Shown here one piece after another: positions 1 through 11,817 of a stretch of DNA of 64,000 bases. This DNA is from Salpingoeca rosetta (lineage: Eukaryota; Protista; Choanoflagellata): the NCBI GenBank assembly GCA_033442325.1, contig JAWQFM010000006.1, positions 539,153-603,152 of the forward strand, written 5' to 3'. The number at the start of each line of letters is the position of its first letter. The first letter of the stretch is position 1. The notes beneath the pieces were generated by a model that saw nothing but the letters and a program-made list of their open reading frames with translations, did no database searches and was not told the origin of the DNA. Position numbers and translations under genes: made by a program.

Positions 1-154
1 ACGCGCAAACTCACGCAAACGCAAGCACGCTTGTCTGCCTTCCTCTCCCTCGCACATGTACAACACACGCACAAACGAAAACACGCACGCACACACGCAC
101 GCACACACACACATGCACACACACACGCACGCACACACATGCACACACACACAT

Positions 155-201
<47 letters not shown>

Positions 202-238
202 CACAAACACATACGCGCACACACATCAGCTGCCTTAC

Positions 239-433
239 CATGCCGTCAAGGACAACGTCGTAGGAGTAAGCGCCGACGGCTGCAGCGCCAGCGGCGGCAG
301 TGAGAGCGCCGTACACCCGCGTCAGGTGTTGCTGGGTGTCGCGCTTGACATGGGAGAAATCAAACATGCCCCCTGCTCCGCCAGCTGCTGCGCTTGGCGA
401 CGATGCTTCAGCCCTCATAAACGTGGTCTCCAT
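239..433 (-). CDS. TMBIM6: Bax inhibitor-1 family protein, exon 1 (gene continues off the window start)
   Basis: Translates to METTF...[34 protein letters not shown], matching the BI-1 N-terminus (human FSHITPSTQQHLKKVYASF..AAAGAY). It is followed by a GTAAGG donor at 238 and a TG-repeat intron. Confidence 0.85.
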
Positions 434-816
434 GCTGTGTGTCGTGGAACTTGTTGAGCCGCGAACGTCGAAGGTGCGTGTGCGTCTGGCTGTTGTTTGT
501 TGATGTTGCAAAGCGATGAAGCGAGGTGGTTGACTGATTGGAAGGAAATGGCTGCTCCTCGCTGTTTGCTTTTTGCTCCATCAACGATTGCGTTCGCGCA
601 GCGAGAAGAAGCAAGATCATCAACAAGAACGACTGATTTCAGTCGAAATCGCAATTCTGTACGTGATTTTGTAAATTTTCTTCAACCACCACCCCGATCG
701 TTGTCTCGCTTTCCACAGCCACCTCTGCCGCCTCCAGCCCTCACTGCCCTCACACCCCCCCACAGCACACACTTTCTTCCCTTTGACCTTTACCAGCCAG
801 CCTGCCAACAAGAACC

Positions 817-3519
817 ATGGAAGAGCTTGGGTTGACGCAGTGGACGCTAATTGTGCAGCAGCTCTTCACAGTCCCGCGATATGCGGAGCCGCCCAAATCG
901 CAGCCGAGCAATCGCCGGCGAGTAGTGGACAAGTACCTGCCGTACCACAAGCAGAACGCACTCGCACTCATCCGCCTCATGTGCACCTGCCACAAGATGT
1001 ACCGCGAGCTTCCGTATGCGCTGCCCGTGTGGTGTTTGCAGGACGCCTTTGACGCGCCGGGCGTCGCGTGGATCACCAACAAGAAGGTGCTCAAGGACTG
1101 GAAGGCGTGGTGCGAGGACCGCTTCATCGCCTACGCCCGGCTCGGCGTCTTGTGGCGCGCCAACTGCCACTACCTGCGCCTCAAGCAGCACACGCAAGCC
1201 TTCCACACCAAGTTTTCCCGCTACGCTCGCCTCTGCTTCAACCTCCACCAGGACATGATCACATGGGTGCGGGGTGTCGGCGCCGCTGGGGACGTTGCCG
1301 CCCACAACCCCCAAGCGCTGGACGCCGCGCGGTACCAGCCCGCGCGCCTAACCCCGGCAGTGGTGTATCTCATGCAGTTCCGCTACGCTTCCGAGGGCGA
1401 CTGGGACTCCGTGCTGGAGCTCCTGCGCGAGCTTGGCAACCCGCGCCTCGAGCAGGCCCACATCCGCACCATCATCCCGACCGACGTCATTGCCCTGAGC
1501 GGCGCATGCCACGTGTTCCTCACATCAGAGAAGCCCGTCGAGCAGGTCCAGCTGCGTGGCGTCGACCACTTCACGTGGACCATCCTCCACCGCCAGCCCA
1601 GCATCACGGGCTCCCTGGGCTCCGTCAAGTCTGTGACAATCCGAGAGCTCGAGCGGCGCATGGTTCCTCTTGAAATCGGCGCCCTGGCCAACGTCCCCAC
1701 CGTCAGCGTCAAGTGTGGCCAGCTGGAGGACTTTGCCCCGTTGCAAGCAGCCAAGGAGCTCTCGCTCGCCTGGACATGCCTCGTTCCCCTCACACAGTTT
1801 GCCAATGTCCAGCGACTCACGCTGAACCACGTTTCGGTGAGCATGTTGCACGCACGCGCTTTCACCTTCAACGGCACCCATCTCGTCATGAAGCAGCTCC
1901 AGGGCTTCCATGGCCCAGTCAACCTCCCCCGCGCCAGCACCATTGTCATCGACGACTGCGACGCCCTCACACAGGTCGTCTGCAGCAGCAAGCGCATTCA
2001 TCTGCTGCGTGTGTCGCAATGCCGCGAGCTGTCGACCCTGTCCCTCGTCGGCGTCGAACACGTCAGCGACGTTTGCATCACCGACTCTGCACTGAAGGAC
2101 TTCACCTTCCTCGGTACCGCGCTCGGATCGCTCACGCTGCAACGCTGCCCCAGCCTCACGTCACTGCAGCTCCCGCGGCTGAAGTACATCAACAACATTG
2201 CCCTTGCGTTTTGCAACACTCTGCTCATGGCCGTCATCCGCGCCAGCACCGCCATGCAGACGCTGGCCGTGGGCGTGTGCAATGATCTTCGCGGTTTGCA
2301 CATTGACGTACCCGGCGCCGACGCAATCTTGGTTGACGAGTGTATGGGTATTGAGCAGCTCTCGTTCCAGGGCAAAACGCTGAAGAAGCTGCGCGTGGAC
2401 AGCAGCCCTGAACTCGTGGCGCTGCTGCTTGATGCCGTGCAGGACCTGCGGGAACTTGTACTGTGGGACTGCTCGGCGCTCACCAGCATCGCCTGCAGGA
2501 GCCCCAACATCACGAGCCTCAGCCTCGCCCGCTGCCCAGTGCTCGCATCCGTGTCCATGCCCATGTTCGAAGGGAATGAGTGTGCCGATTTCACCGATTT
2601 GGATGCAGCCGCCAGGCTTGCGCAGAGCAAGCGCCGTTTCAAGAAACTCTTCATTATCGCATGCCCCATGTTGCCGCCACGCCTGCCTTTGTTTGAGAAG
2701 GCCGAGAACTTCGGCTCCAGCCTTCCACTGCCCGCACCCATGCTGAGGGAGCTGATCCAGCGGGTCACTCTTCTAAACCTGAACGCCGCGGCGAGCAAGC
2801 ACATTGGCACCGTGTTGCACGACATCCCCGCGGGCGCAGACATTCAATTGTATGACGTGGACGCCAGCGACATTCGCGGCTTTTCTTTGCCTGCAAGCAT
2901 CAAGTCCGTGGTGGTTCTCGTTTCCGACGAATTTGACGTCGCGCCGCTCAAGAACGTGGCCCAGGTGGTTGTGAAAGGGCAAACCAACGACGCTGCACTG
3001 GTTGGCCTGGACAACTTGAAGGCTGTAGGCACACTTCACATTTCAAAGTGCGCGCTCAAGCAAGGCGAACTTCACAGCGCATGTGCGAAGCAATCCATCA
3101 CCCTGGAAGACTGCACTGGTGCCGTCGTTGCTCGTGGTGCACAACAGGTGCTTATCCGGGGCCCTCGCATGCCACGAACCTCGCTGGGCGACATTGCGGG
3201 CGATTTATCGCTGTGGACGGTATCCGGCCCGCTCAAGTTGGAATTCACCCGAAACGTTCGCAAGTGCTCCATTACATCCTGCACCCTTGAAGACTTCCAC
3301 GCGCTTGCCGGCGTTCGAGTGCTGGAGTTGACGAAATGCACCTTTGACAGCGTGGGGACGCTGCCGTACTTCGAGTCGCTGTCCACCTCGCAGTGCGTGC
3401 GAAGCGACCAGACAGAGTGGAGCAACGTTGTTCTGCACCAGTTTCGCCCGCGTGATGCCCAGTCCAGGCTTGTCCCCGATGTCCACCTCCAGCACTTTGG
3501 CGGTGGCTTTCGATGGTAA
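817..3519 (+). CDS. Intronless 900-aa leucine-rich-repeat protein with a possible degenerate F-box-like N-terminus
   Basis: Uninterrupted ORF with GC3-rich codons. It contains repeated LxxLxLxxCxxLxxL units (LGSLTLQRCPSLTSLQL, LRELVLWDCSALTSI, ITSLSLARCPVLASV). The N-terminal LIRLMCTCHKMYREL resembles an F-box C-terminal half (weak). Confidence 0.75.
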   Translation: MEELGLTQWTLIVQQLFTVPRYAEPPKSQPSNRRRVVDKYLPYHKQNALALIRLMCTCHKMYRELPYALPVWCLQDAFDAPGVAWITNKKVLKDWKAWCEDRFIAYARLGVLWRANCHYLRLKQHTQAFHTKFSRYARLCFNLHQDMITWVRGVGAAGDVAAHNPQALDAARYQPARLTPAVVYLMQFRYASEGDWDSVLELLRELGNPRLEQAHIRTIIPTDVIALSGACHVFLTSEKPVEQVQLRGVDHFTWTILHRQPSITGSLGSVKSVTIRELERRMVPLEIGALANVPTVSVKCGQLEDFAPLQAAKELSLAWTCLVPLTQFANVQRLTLNHVSVSMLHARAFTFNGTHLVMKQLQGFHGPVNLPRASTIVIDDCDALTQVVCSSKRIHLLRVSQCRELSTLSLVGVEHVSDVCITDSALKDFTFLGTALGSLTLQRCPSLTSLQLPRLKYINNIALAFCNTLLMAVIRASTAMQTLAVGVCNDLRGLHIDVPGADAILVDECMGIEQLSFQGKTLKKLRVDSSPELVALLLDAVQDLRELVLWDCSALTSIACRSPNITSLSLARCPVLASVSMPMFEGNECADFTDLDAAARLAQSKRRFKKLFIIACPMLPPRLPLFEKAENFGSSLPLPAPMLRELIQRVTLLNLNAAASKHIGTVLHDIPAGADIQLYDVDASDIRGFSLPASIKSVVVLVSDEFDVAPLKNVAQVVVKGQTNDAALVGLDNLKAVGTLHISKCALKQGELHSACAKQSITLEDCTGAVVARGAQQVLIRGPRMPRTSLGDIAGDLSLWTVSGPLKLEFTRNVRKCSITSCTLEDFHALAGVRVLELTKCTFDSVGTLPYFESLSTSQCVRSDQTEWSNVVLHQFRPRDAQSRLVPDVHLQHFGGGFRW

Positions 3520-3630
3520 CACTGTGCGGTTGAGTGTGTGTGTGTGTGTGTGATTGTGAGCGAGGCAAGTAAGTGACTGCGTCAGAGAGTTTGTGTGTGT
3601 GTGTGTGTGAGTTTGTGTGTGTGTGTGTGT

Positions 3631-3673
<43 letters not shown>

Positions 3674-3885
3674 GTACGTAGTTTTAAACCACCTTATTTT
3701 CGAGGCATAACGTGGGGTTATCCATAAACCGGTGCGCACCAGTATTGGTGGGCATGGTCGCTAACCATTGCATACATATCACGGCAAACGCACTTCCCGG
3801 TAGGAACCTCGCTCCCGGGCACAACCGGGCTATCAGATGGCATGTTGACAATAGCGTCGCCCTAAAGTGTGTGGGGGTTTGTAAG

Positions 3886-3948
<63 letters not shown>

Positions 3949-4535
3949 TGTCAATCGATATGTGTGAAAAGGCTCTTGTGGTTCTTTGCTGCCTGTGTAT
4001 GCGATCCGACGTAGTGCATGGTCGATTGCACCCGTTAGTATCTTTACGTGTCAGTTCTCATCTTGAATAAGTGCGCATCTTTTGCGTGTCTTAATGGAAC
4101 CTAACAGCAAGAATGCTTCCGCGAGTCGTGCGTTGCGTCCTAGTAGTGGGTTGTCATCTTCCACGTGCTTCCCCCGTTCGTTTGTTTGTTGATTGTGTCG
4201 CTGCTGTTGCATTGAAGGTGCATTTGATGTTTTACACTTTATGTATTTCCATTCGTCAACGCAACAGCAGACTACAACAGAAGCGCAATCAATCCGACTA
4301 CAATGGAGCAACCGGTGAAGCATGCATGGGAGATGCACACAGCAAAGAAGCAGGAGTAAAGACGCAAGCAAGCCGATTGTGAACGACAGTACGCAAAAGG
4401 AGCTACACATGTGGGTGGTTACGGTGGTTACAGGTGGTGTATGGATTGGCATGAGTCGTAACTATCGATGCCGGAAAGGAAGGAAGGAAGGAAGGAAGGA
4501 AGGAACACAAACAGCCATGCTGGGTACGTTTCGTT

Positions 4536-4996
4536 TTATGCATAGCACCATGATCCACGTGAGTTTCGTCGCAGGACGCGCTTGTCTGGGTTGCGCCGTT
4601 TGATGGCCTCTACTTCACGATCGGTTACGTTCTCATCTTCAACAGTGATGAGTTCGTTGGTGAATTGAACGGCATGTACGGCGGCCCGAAACGCACCCAG
4701 GCTCTTCTGTGTGTGCGTGTGTGTGCGTGCGTGTGTGCGTGCGTGTGCGTGCGTGTGTGAGCGTGTGTGCGCGTGTGTGCATGTGCGTGTGTTTGTGTGC
4801 GTGTGCGTGTGTGAGCGCGTGTGCGTGTGAGCGCGTGTGCGTGTGCGCGCGTACTGTGAGCTGTAGTTGTCGATTGAACAAGCTCTACACAGCAAACAGC
4901 ACAGCACTGGCATGGCGTTTTTCCTGCACAGAGAGACGAACAACATCTGCAGCACACACACACACAGACAGACACACACACACACACAGACAGACA

Positions 4997-5031
<35 letters not shown>

Positions 5032-5255
5032 CATCACGACTCGGCACGTACCGGGGAGGCTGGGCTGGCAGGGGGTTCATCAGATACATCGTGTGCAATG
5101 GTTGAAGTGCGGGAGGACCGGCGGCGGAACTGATGCAAAAACACAGGCAGTTGCGAATGGAGGCAACGTGTGAGGTCCGCTGAAGCTCAAATGCAACCAC
5201 AGGCGAGTTGTTCACACCATTGCCGAAAACGCACACGCACAGCATACACACACAG

Positions 5256-5306
<51 letters not shown>

Positions 5307-6200
5307 CAGCGAGCGTCAATATACCAAAGACGGGAGGCGGCGCTTGCGTGGGGAAGTGGTCTGTGCGACGTCTTGCTTCGGTGGGGTGGAGGGCAAGCTG
5401 CGACGACGCTGTGACGATGCAGAGCCAGGCGATGGAGTGTCGTTCATGCTGCCATCATGGTTGACTGCTGTGGCGGTGTCACTTTCAGCACTGCTGTGCT
5501 TGGTTTCGTGGGCTTCCTCTTCTACAATCGGTGGCATGGAGGCACATGCAGCAGTGGCGGCCGCATCAATGGGCGTGTCTGAGTTGGACTCATGTTCCGG
5601 CTGCTGCATGTCACCTTGGTGCTCTGCATTCGTTTCTTCTCGCTGTAGGTCGTCATCATCGCCACGATCCTTCTCCTCGGCCACTGCATCGTTGCTTGAT
5701 CCTTGTTCTGACACTTGCTGTGCCGGTGGTTCAGTTGTAGATGCGTTGGGTTCTGCAATTGGACCCTGTTCCTCTTCCCCTCTTTCTTCTTCCACCTCTT
5801 CTTCTTCCACCTCCTCCTCATCTCCACTGGCTGCGGCCTTTTCTTCCTCTTTCTCACGATCAGCACCCTCACCATCATCATCACCCTCACCATCATCATC
5901 ATCACCACCACCGTCATCAACATTTTCATTTTGGTTCTCTTCGTTGTATCCCCTCACCTCGACTCCTTCTTGCCCTTCATCATCCCGCGCTGACGTGGCG
6001 CTCGCGCTTGCCACGCCGGTATCACCATCACCAGGCGTCGTGCCCTCTTCCGCTTCATCCTTCTCGGCTGCATCGTGTTCTCCTCCTTCTTCTCCTTCGT
6101 CATCAACCCCATCGCTTTCTCCGCCTTGTTTGACGTCTGGCACAGCATCAGCGGCGTCAGCATCGTCGTTCTCACCATCCGCGGCGGTGGGGTTGTCGTT

Positions 6201-6238
<38 letters not shown>

Positions 6239-9200
6239 TGGCTTGGCCTTGCTGGTCTGTCGCGCCATCACCGTCTGTCACTTCTTCGTCGCCTGTCGTG
6301 TCGTCGAGTCTCTCGCCATCAGCAGCGGAGCCACGGTCCTCGGGCGGTGCGGCGTTAGTTGTCGCCTCCTCATCTTCCTCACTCGCCGCTTCTGCATCAT
6401 CATCGCCGTTCTCCTCACTCGCGTGTTGCTCTTGCTCATGCACGGGTGCCTCATCACCTTCGTCACCTGCTTCCTTGCTGTCAGGGTCAGCCGCATCAGC
6501 ATCAACACCATCACCGTCCTTGTTAACCCCAGCAGCGTCGTCGTCATCTTCTTGGCTGCCCCCCTCCTCTTGAGCATCATGTGGGCTGTCGTTATCGCCA
6601 CTTGGCTCAGCACTCCGGCCCTTGTCTGTGTCACCTTCCTCCTCCACCTCCTCCATGTGATCACGCCCCCCTGCTTGCTCTTCTTTACCCTGCACATATG
6701 GTCCTTCTGTGGCTTCTTGTTCTTGTTCTTGTTCTTCTTGTTCTTGTTCCTCAACCGTCTCCTCTCCAACCGCTGCTGCTGCTGCTGTTGCTTTGCCATC
6801 ACGCGGTGCCTCTTCCTCGCCCGCCATCGTTTCCGCTTCCTCGGCGTCATGTGCTGATGACTCAAGGTCACCGTCGCCGCATTCACGGTCACCAGTTGTT
6901 GCTGCCTCTGTTTCAGCCCCGTGGTCCCTGTCCACGGCATCTTGTGCAGACAATTTCTCATCCTCCGTTCCTTCCTGTTCACACTCTTGGTCTTGCTTCG
7001 CCTGCTGCTCATTTTGCGTCTCTGTAATCTGGTTCTCGGGGGATTCCCCTCTTTGTTGCTGTTGTTGTTGCTGTTGCTGTGTCGTCGAGTCTTCAGGGGC
7101 GCTGACAGGGGACGGCTGCACGTCCTGCTGCTCCCCCACGTCTTCCTTCGCACCGTCAACTGCTGGCTTTTGCTTCTCGCCTTCCAGCGGCTGCGGTGCC
7201 CCCTCCACCGCAGACTGAGCATCATCTTGCGGCTTCTCAGCATCTGTCACTGCTTCCGCCTTCTCCTCGGTTCGGTCGTTGCCTTGTTCCTCGTTGCTTG
7301 CATCACCTGCGCCATCACCATTGTTCTTCTGCTGCTCCTTCCCTTGCTCCGCAGCCTGCGCTTGGTCATCGTCAACAGGTGCAGTTGAGTCCTCTGCAGT
7401 CAAAGCACCGCCATCCCCTGTGCTGTCAACAACACTGCCGTCATCCGCAGTCTTCGCTTCTTCCTCGCTACCCGACGCAACCTCATGCTCCACTTCAGCA
7501 TGTCGTCTTCCTTCTTCTTGCTGCTGGTCAGGATCAGTTGGCTTTGTACCATTCTCATCCTCCTTGTCCGCGATGGCCGATGCCGGCGTTTCCTCGTGTT
7601 GCTCTGCTTGCTGCCCGCCGCCGTCGTTGGCACTCACTTCCTTCGCTGGAGCCTCGTCCGCGTCCTCTGCGACCTGTGGGTCCGCGTGGCCTTCATCCCT
7701 CATCTCTTGCTCACGCTCCTCCTGCGCCGCTGGAACCGGCGCTTCTTGGTCCTTGGTGTCGACCTCCCCTTCTTGACTCGGAGGCACACCATCACCTTCC
7801 CCTTGCTGGCCATCTTCGGCACGCTGTTCCTGCTCTTCCTCTTCCTCTTCCTCTTGCACCTGCGCTTCTTCTTGCTCTTGCTCTTGCTCTTGGTCCTTCG
7901 GCTGATGGTCGTGTCCAGCAGCACCAGCCTCTCCTTGCACGTCATCATCGCCGGTAACAGCAGCAGCAGCAGCAGCAGTAGCAGTAGCAGACGCATCTTC
8001 AGCACCACCATCGCCAGCCTCAGCGTCCTCATCAGCAGCCTGTGGGCTCAGCACCTCCGCTGTTGCGCCACGAACCACCACGCTTGATGCAACAGCAGTC
8101 ACAGCCGCTTGCTGCTCGGCTGTCAGCCCGTGCAGGCACACAATGATGCTGCCTGGGCGAAGTGTGATTGCATCACGCGGCACCGCACTCGTGTCAATGC
8201 CCTTGTCCTCCAGTGCCGTCAACACGTCGCTGATAAACGCGTCCCGCCCTTCCTCGCTCTCCACAGAAGCAAAGTCGAGGTCAAACCGCAGCTCAAGGGA
8301 GGGGGAGGCCGCGGATGCCGACGCTGTGCGTGATGGCGATGTGTCTGGATGAGGTGGAGCCGCGCTCGTGGTGGCCTCGTTCTCACGCTCGTCAGGGAGG
8401 CAAGGCTCGTCGTCGTGAGCGTCGCCACCGTCGCCCTGGTCGTCATCGTTGTCATCGGCGGGTGACTCATCGTCAGCAGCGCCACGCGTCTCCGCAACAT
8501 CATCAGCATCGCAGGGCATGGCTGCATCGCCAGCTGTCGCGGCTTCGGCAGTCTGGTCGTCACTTGTGACTTCGCCACCACCGCCACTCGTCTCGCTGGC
8601 TGCTGGCGCTGGGGACGATGCTGGTCGGCTGTCTGTCTGTTGCAGGGTGACCTGATCAGCAGTGACGCTGATGCCATGCTTGGCCAACTCGGCCACCACT
8701 TCTTCCTTCAGTGCGGACTTGGCAGCCTGTCGGGGACCATCGTCGTCACTGTCGTCCGCACCCTTGCCGCGATCATCTGGGAGATCAAGTGCAAACTTGA
8801 GCTGAAGCGGAGCAGCAGCAGCGGCAGGAGACGACGCTGGCTCTGTGCTCGTCGCTTTCATGTCGTCTTCGTTGTGACCGTTACCACTGCTGGGCGAAGC
8901 GCTCTCGAGCGCGACTGCTTCGGCACCATCCTCAGCCACACCGTGCGCACCATCATCATCACGGGCACTGTCACCCTTGCCGATCGCTTGTGTTGGGGCA
9001 GCGTTCTTGAGCACCTGCGCTGGGTCGTCTTCTTCAGCGAGCGACCGAAGGGCAGCGACAACACGCGGCGTGCGCTCGCCAACAACACCAAGCTCAATCT
9101 TGACTTGCTGCACATACTCTCCGTCGTCGTCAGCTTGGCATGCAGACAGCACTGTTGCCACCGTCTCCTGGCGCTCAAGTCCAAGCACAGACGCAAGGGC

Positions 9201-11176
9201 TGCGTTGAGGGTGGTGCTGTCAAACGCATCGTCAGCGTCTGCCATGTAGAGCTGCAGCTGCGCTTGAATCGTGTGCAATGATGGCGGCGGCGGCGGCGTT
9301 GTCGGTGGGGCCGCGCTCTCCTGCTGCTGTTGCTGCTGCTGTTGCTGCTGCTGTTGCTCAGGTGTGTCATCGTGCACGGCATCCTCGGCTGAGGCCGTCT
9401 CCACTTCTTGCTTTGGCACGCCAGTTGCTTTGATGCTGCCGCTTTCGTTGTTGGTGTTGTCGTCGCCATCACACAGTCGTTCTGGTAGTTGCTCACCCTG
9501 CTGTCCTTCATCAGCAGTTTCAGCAACAGCGTGTGCCTCTGTGTCGCCCTTCTCCGGTGAAGACGACGACGACTGCACCTCAGCCCCATCTGCATTGGCG
9601 TTGTGGGTGTACTCCTCAACAACAGCTGGGGCAGGTGGTGTTGCAGGTTTGTCTTCTTGCTGCTCATCAACCGCATCACCAGTGGCAGCGTCAGCAGCGG
9701 TGTCGTCGGCGTTCTCGTCGTTATCGTCCGTGGATGCAGTGGCAAGGGCCTCCTCCTGCCCCTCTTCCTCTTCGACAACGGGTGGGACAGGGCTTCCATC
9801 TTCAGCGGTGTCCTCGTCGTGAGCGCTGGCCAGCTCTTCAGGCACAACACCACCATCGTCGTCGTTGTCGTCACTGTTGTTGTCGATCGCTGTATTTGTT
9901 GTGGCAGCTGCATCACGGTCTTCGTTCACATCCTCTTCCTCCACTTCCTCCGCAGTGGTTGGTGATGGCGAGTGGACATCTACATTCTCATCAACGTCAG
10001 CCACAACGTCATCAGCACCTGTGTCATTGGCGTCACTGCTGGTGTTGATCTCTTCTGACTTGCTTCGCGACTGCGTGCCTTGTTCATCATCATCGCCATC
10101 AACCATGGCTGGTTCGGCTTGTGCATCGTCGGCAGTAGCGAAATCCTCGTCGGTGGCTGCGGCCGCACGCTCGCTGCTGGCGCTACCCACACGAAACCTC
10201 GTGACGCTTCGACGCGATGTCGGACGGGAGGTGGACGGCGGCTCCGGTGTTTTTGCGGACAGCGGTGGAGATGGACCACGGGCTGCATCTTCCTTTCGAA
10301 CGTCTTCTTCCACCTTCTCCTCCACATCATCATCATCATCATCACCCTTTTCCTCACCACCATCAGCACCCTCAGAACCACTCTGCTTCTCCTCTTTCCT
10401 CCCGTTCCCGTCTTGCTGCTGCTTGGCGAGGGCGTCACGTGCCTCCATCGCCTGCAGTTCGGCCATCATCACAGCCCGTCGCTGCTCTTCTTCCTCGCGC
10501 GCCACTCGCCGCTTCTCTGCAGCGCGCTCCGCCTCAAGCTGCCGTTGCTGTAGTACGGTGGGGGTGGGTGGTGGTGGGTTGGGGGGTAGGGGGTAGCGAG
10601 GGAGAATTGCAGGATGAGAGGGAAACAAGACGACCAATAGCATCAGACAAAGTAGTTTGACTAACATCATCAGCAACGTCACCTGACACAACACAAACAC
10701 ACACACACATATATGTGTATAAATACAGCACATCAGTACGCACGCGTTCCAGGGCTCCCTTCCGCGTGCGGTCCTCCTCTTCCTTTGCAGCCGCCTCCTT
10801 CCTTCGCTGCTCCTCCGCCCGCTGCTTGCGTCGCTCGGCCGCCTGACGTGCAAGGGCGTTGCGTTTCTCGCGCTCAATTCGCTGCCGCTCCTCCTCTTCC
10901 TCCTGTGCTCGTCGCTGCCACGCGAAAATGGTGGACAAGGGACGTGGCGTGTGCGTGTGTGTGCGTGTGTGCGTTATGTGTGTGTGCGTGTGTGCGTTGT
11001 GTGTGTTGTTGTTGTTGTTGTTGTTGTGTGTGTGTGTGCGTGTGTGCGTGTGTGCGAAGATGTGGAAGCGAGTCCATCAGGGCATGTAGAGGCATGACAA
11101 GCACGCTGGTGTGGGAAGCACATGGAGCTTCTGCCAAGACCAAGACGCGTCAAACTGACCAACACCCCGCCTTCCT

Positions 11177-11232
<56 letters not shown>

Positions 11233-11779
11233 CAAGCGAAGTGGCAATCCAAGCCATTACCTTTTCCTCCAGCTTGCGCTGGGCCTCGCGTCTGCGTTGC
11301 TCCTCTTCCACCTTGCGCTTGGCTTCAAGCTCCGCCTGCCGTTTGCGCTGCTGTTCGCGGGCTTGTCGCTTCCTCTCCTCCTCCCTCGCCTTCTCCTCCG
11401 CCACGCGCTGTTCGTGCTCTTCCCTCCACGCCGTCCGTCGCATCGCCATCATGCGTTGGTGGATCATCGCAGCCTCCGCCTCCCACGCTGCCCGCCGCGC
11501 ACCGCCGCCATCCCCACTGCCGCTCTGCGTGCGCCCACGCCCACCACCACGACCGCGTGTGCGTGTGCGTGTGCGTGTGGGCCCGTCTGCGCTGTCGAGA
11601 GAGGTTGAGAGCGGGTTGCTGCCGACGTCGCGTTCGGAGAAGCGACGAAGCTGCCGCCGCAGCAGGACCTCTCGTTTCGCCAGGGCCTGCTCAACTTGCT
11701 GCTGCCAGCGGTGCCCACGGCGACAGGCAAGAGAACGCGTGGAGGTGGGGTAGGAAGAGAGGGCGACGTGAATGTGTAC

Positions 11780-11817
<38 letters not shown>

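Noticed and set aside
31-457. HTHTHT / CVCVCV ORFs here and throughout, superficially like metal-binding peptides
   Set aside because: Translations of intronic CA/TG microsatellites.
5170-10660. Long plus-strand ORFs rich in Ser/Leu/Val (e.g. 5170-6573)
   Set aside because: Antisense shadows of the low-complexity acidic exon.
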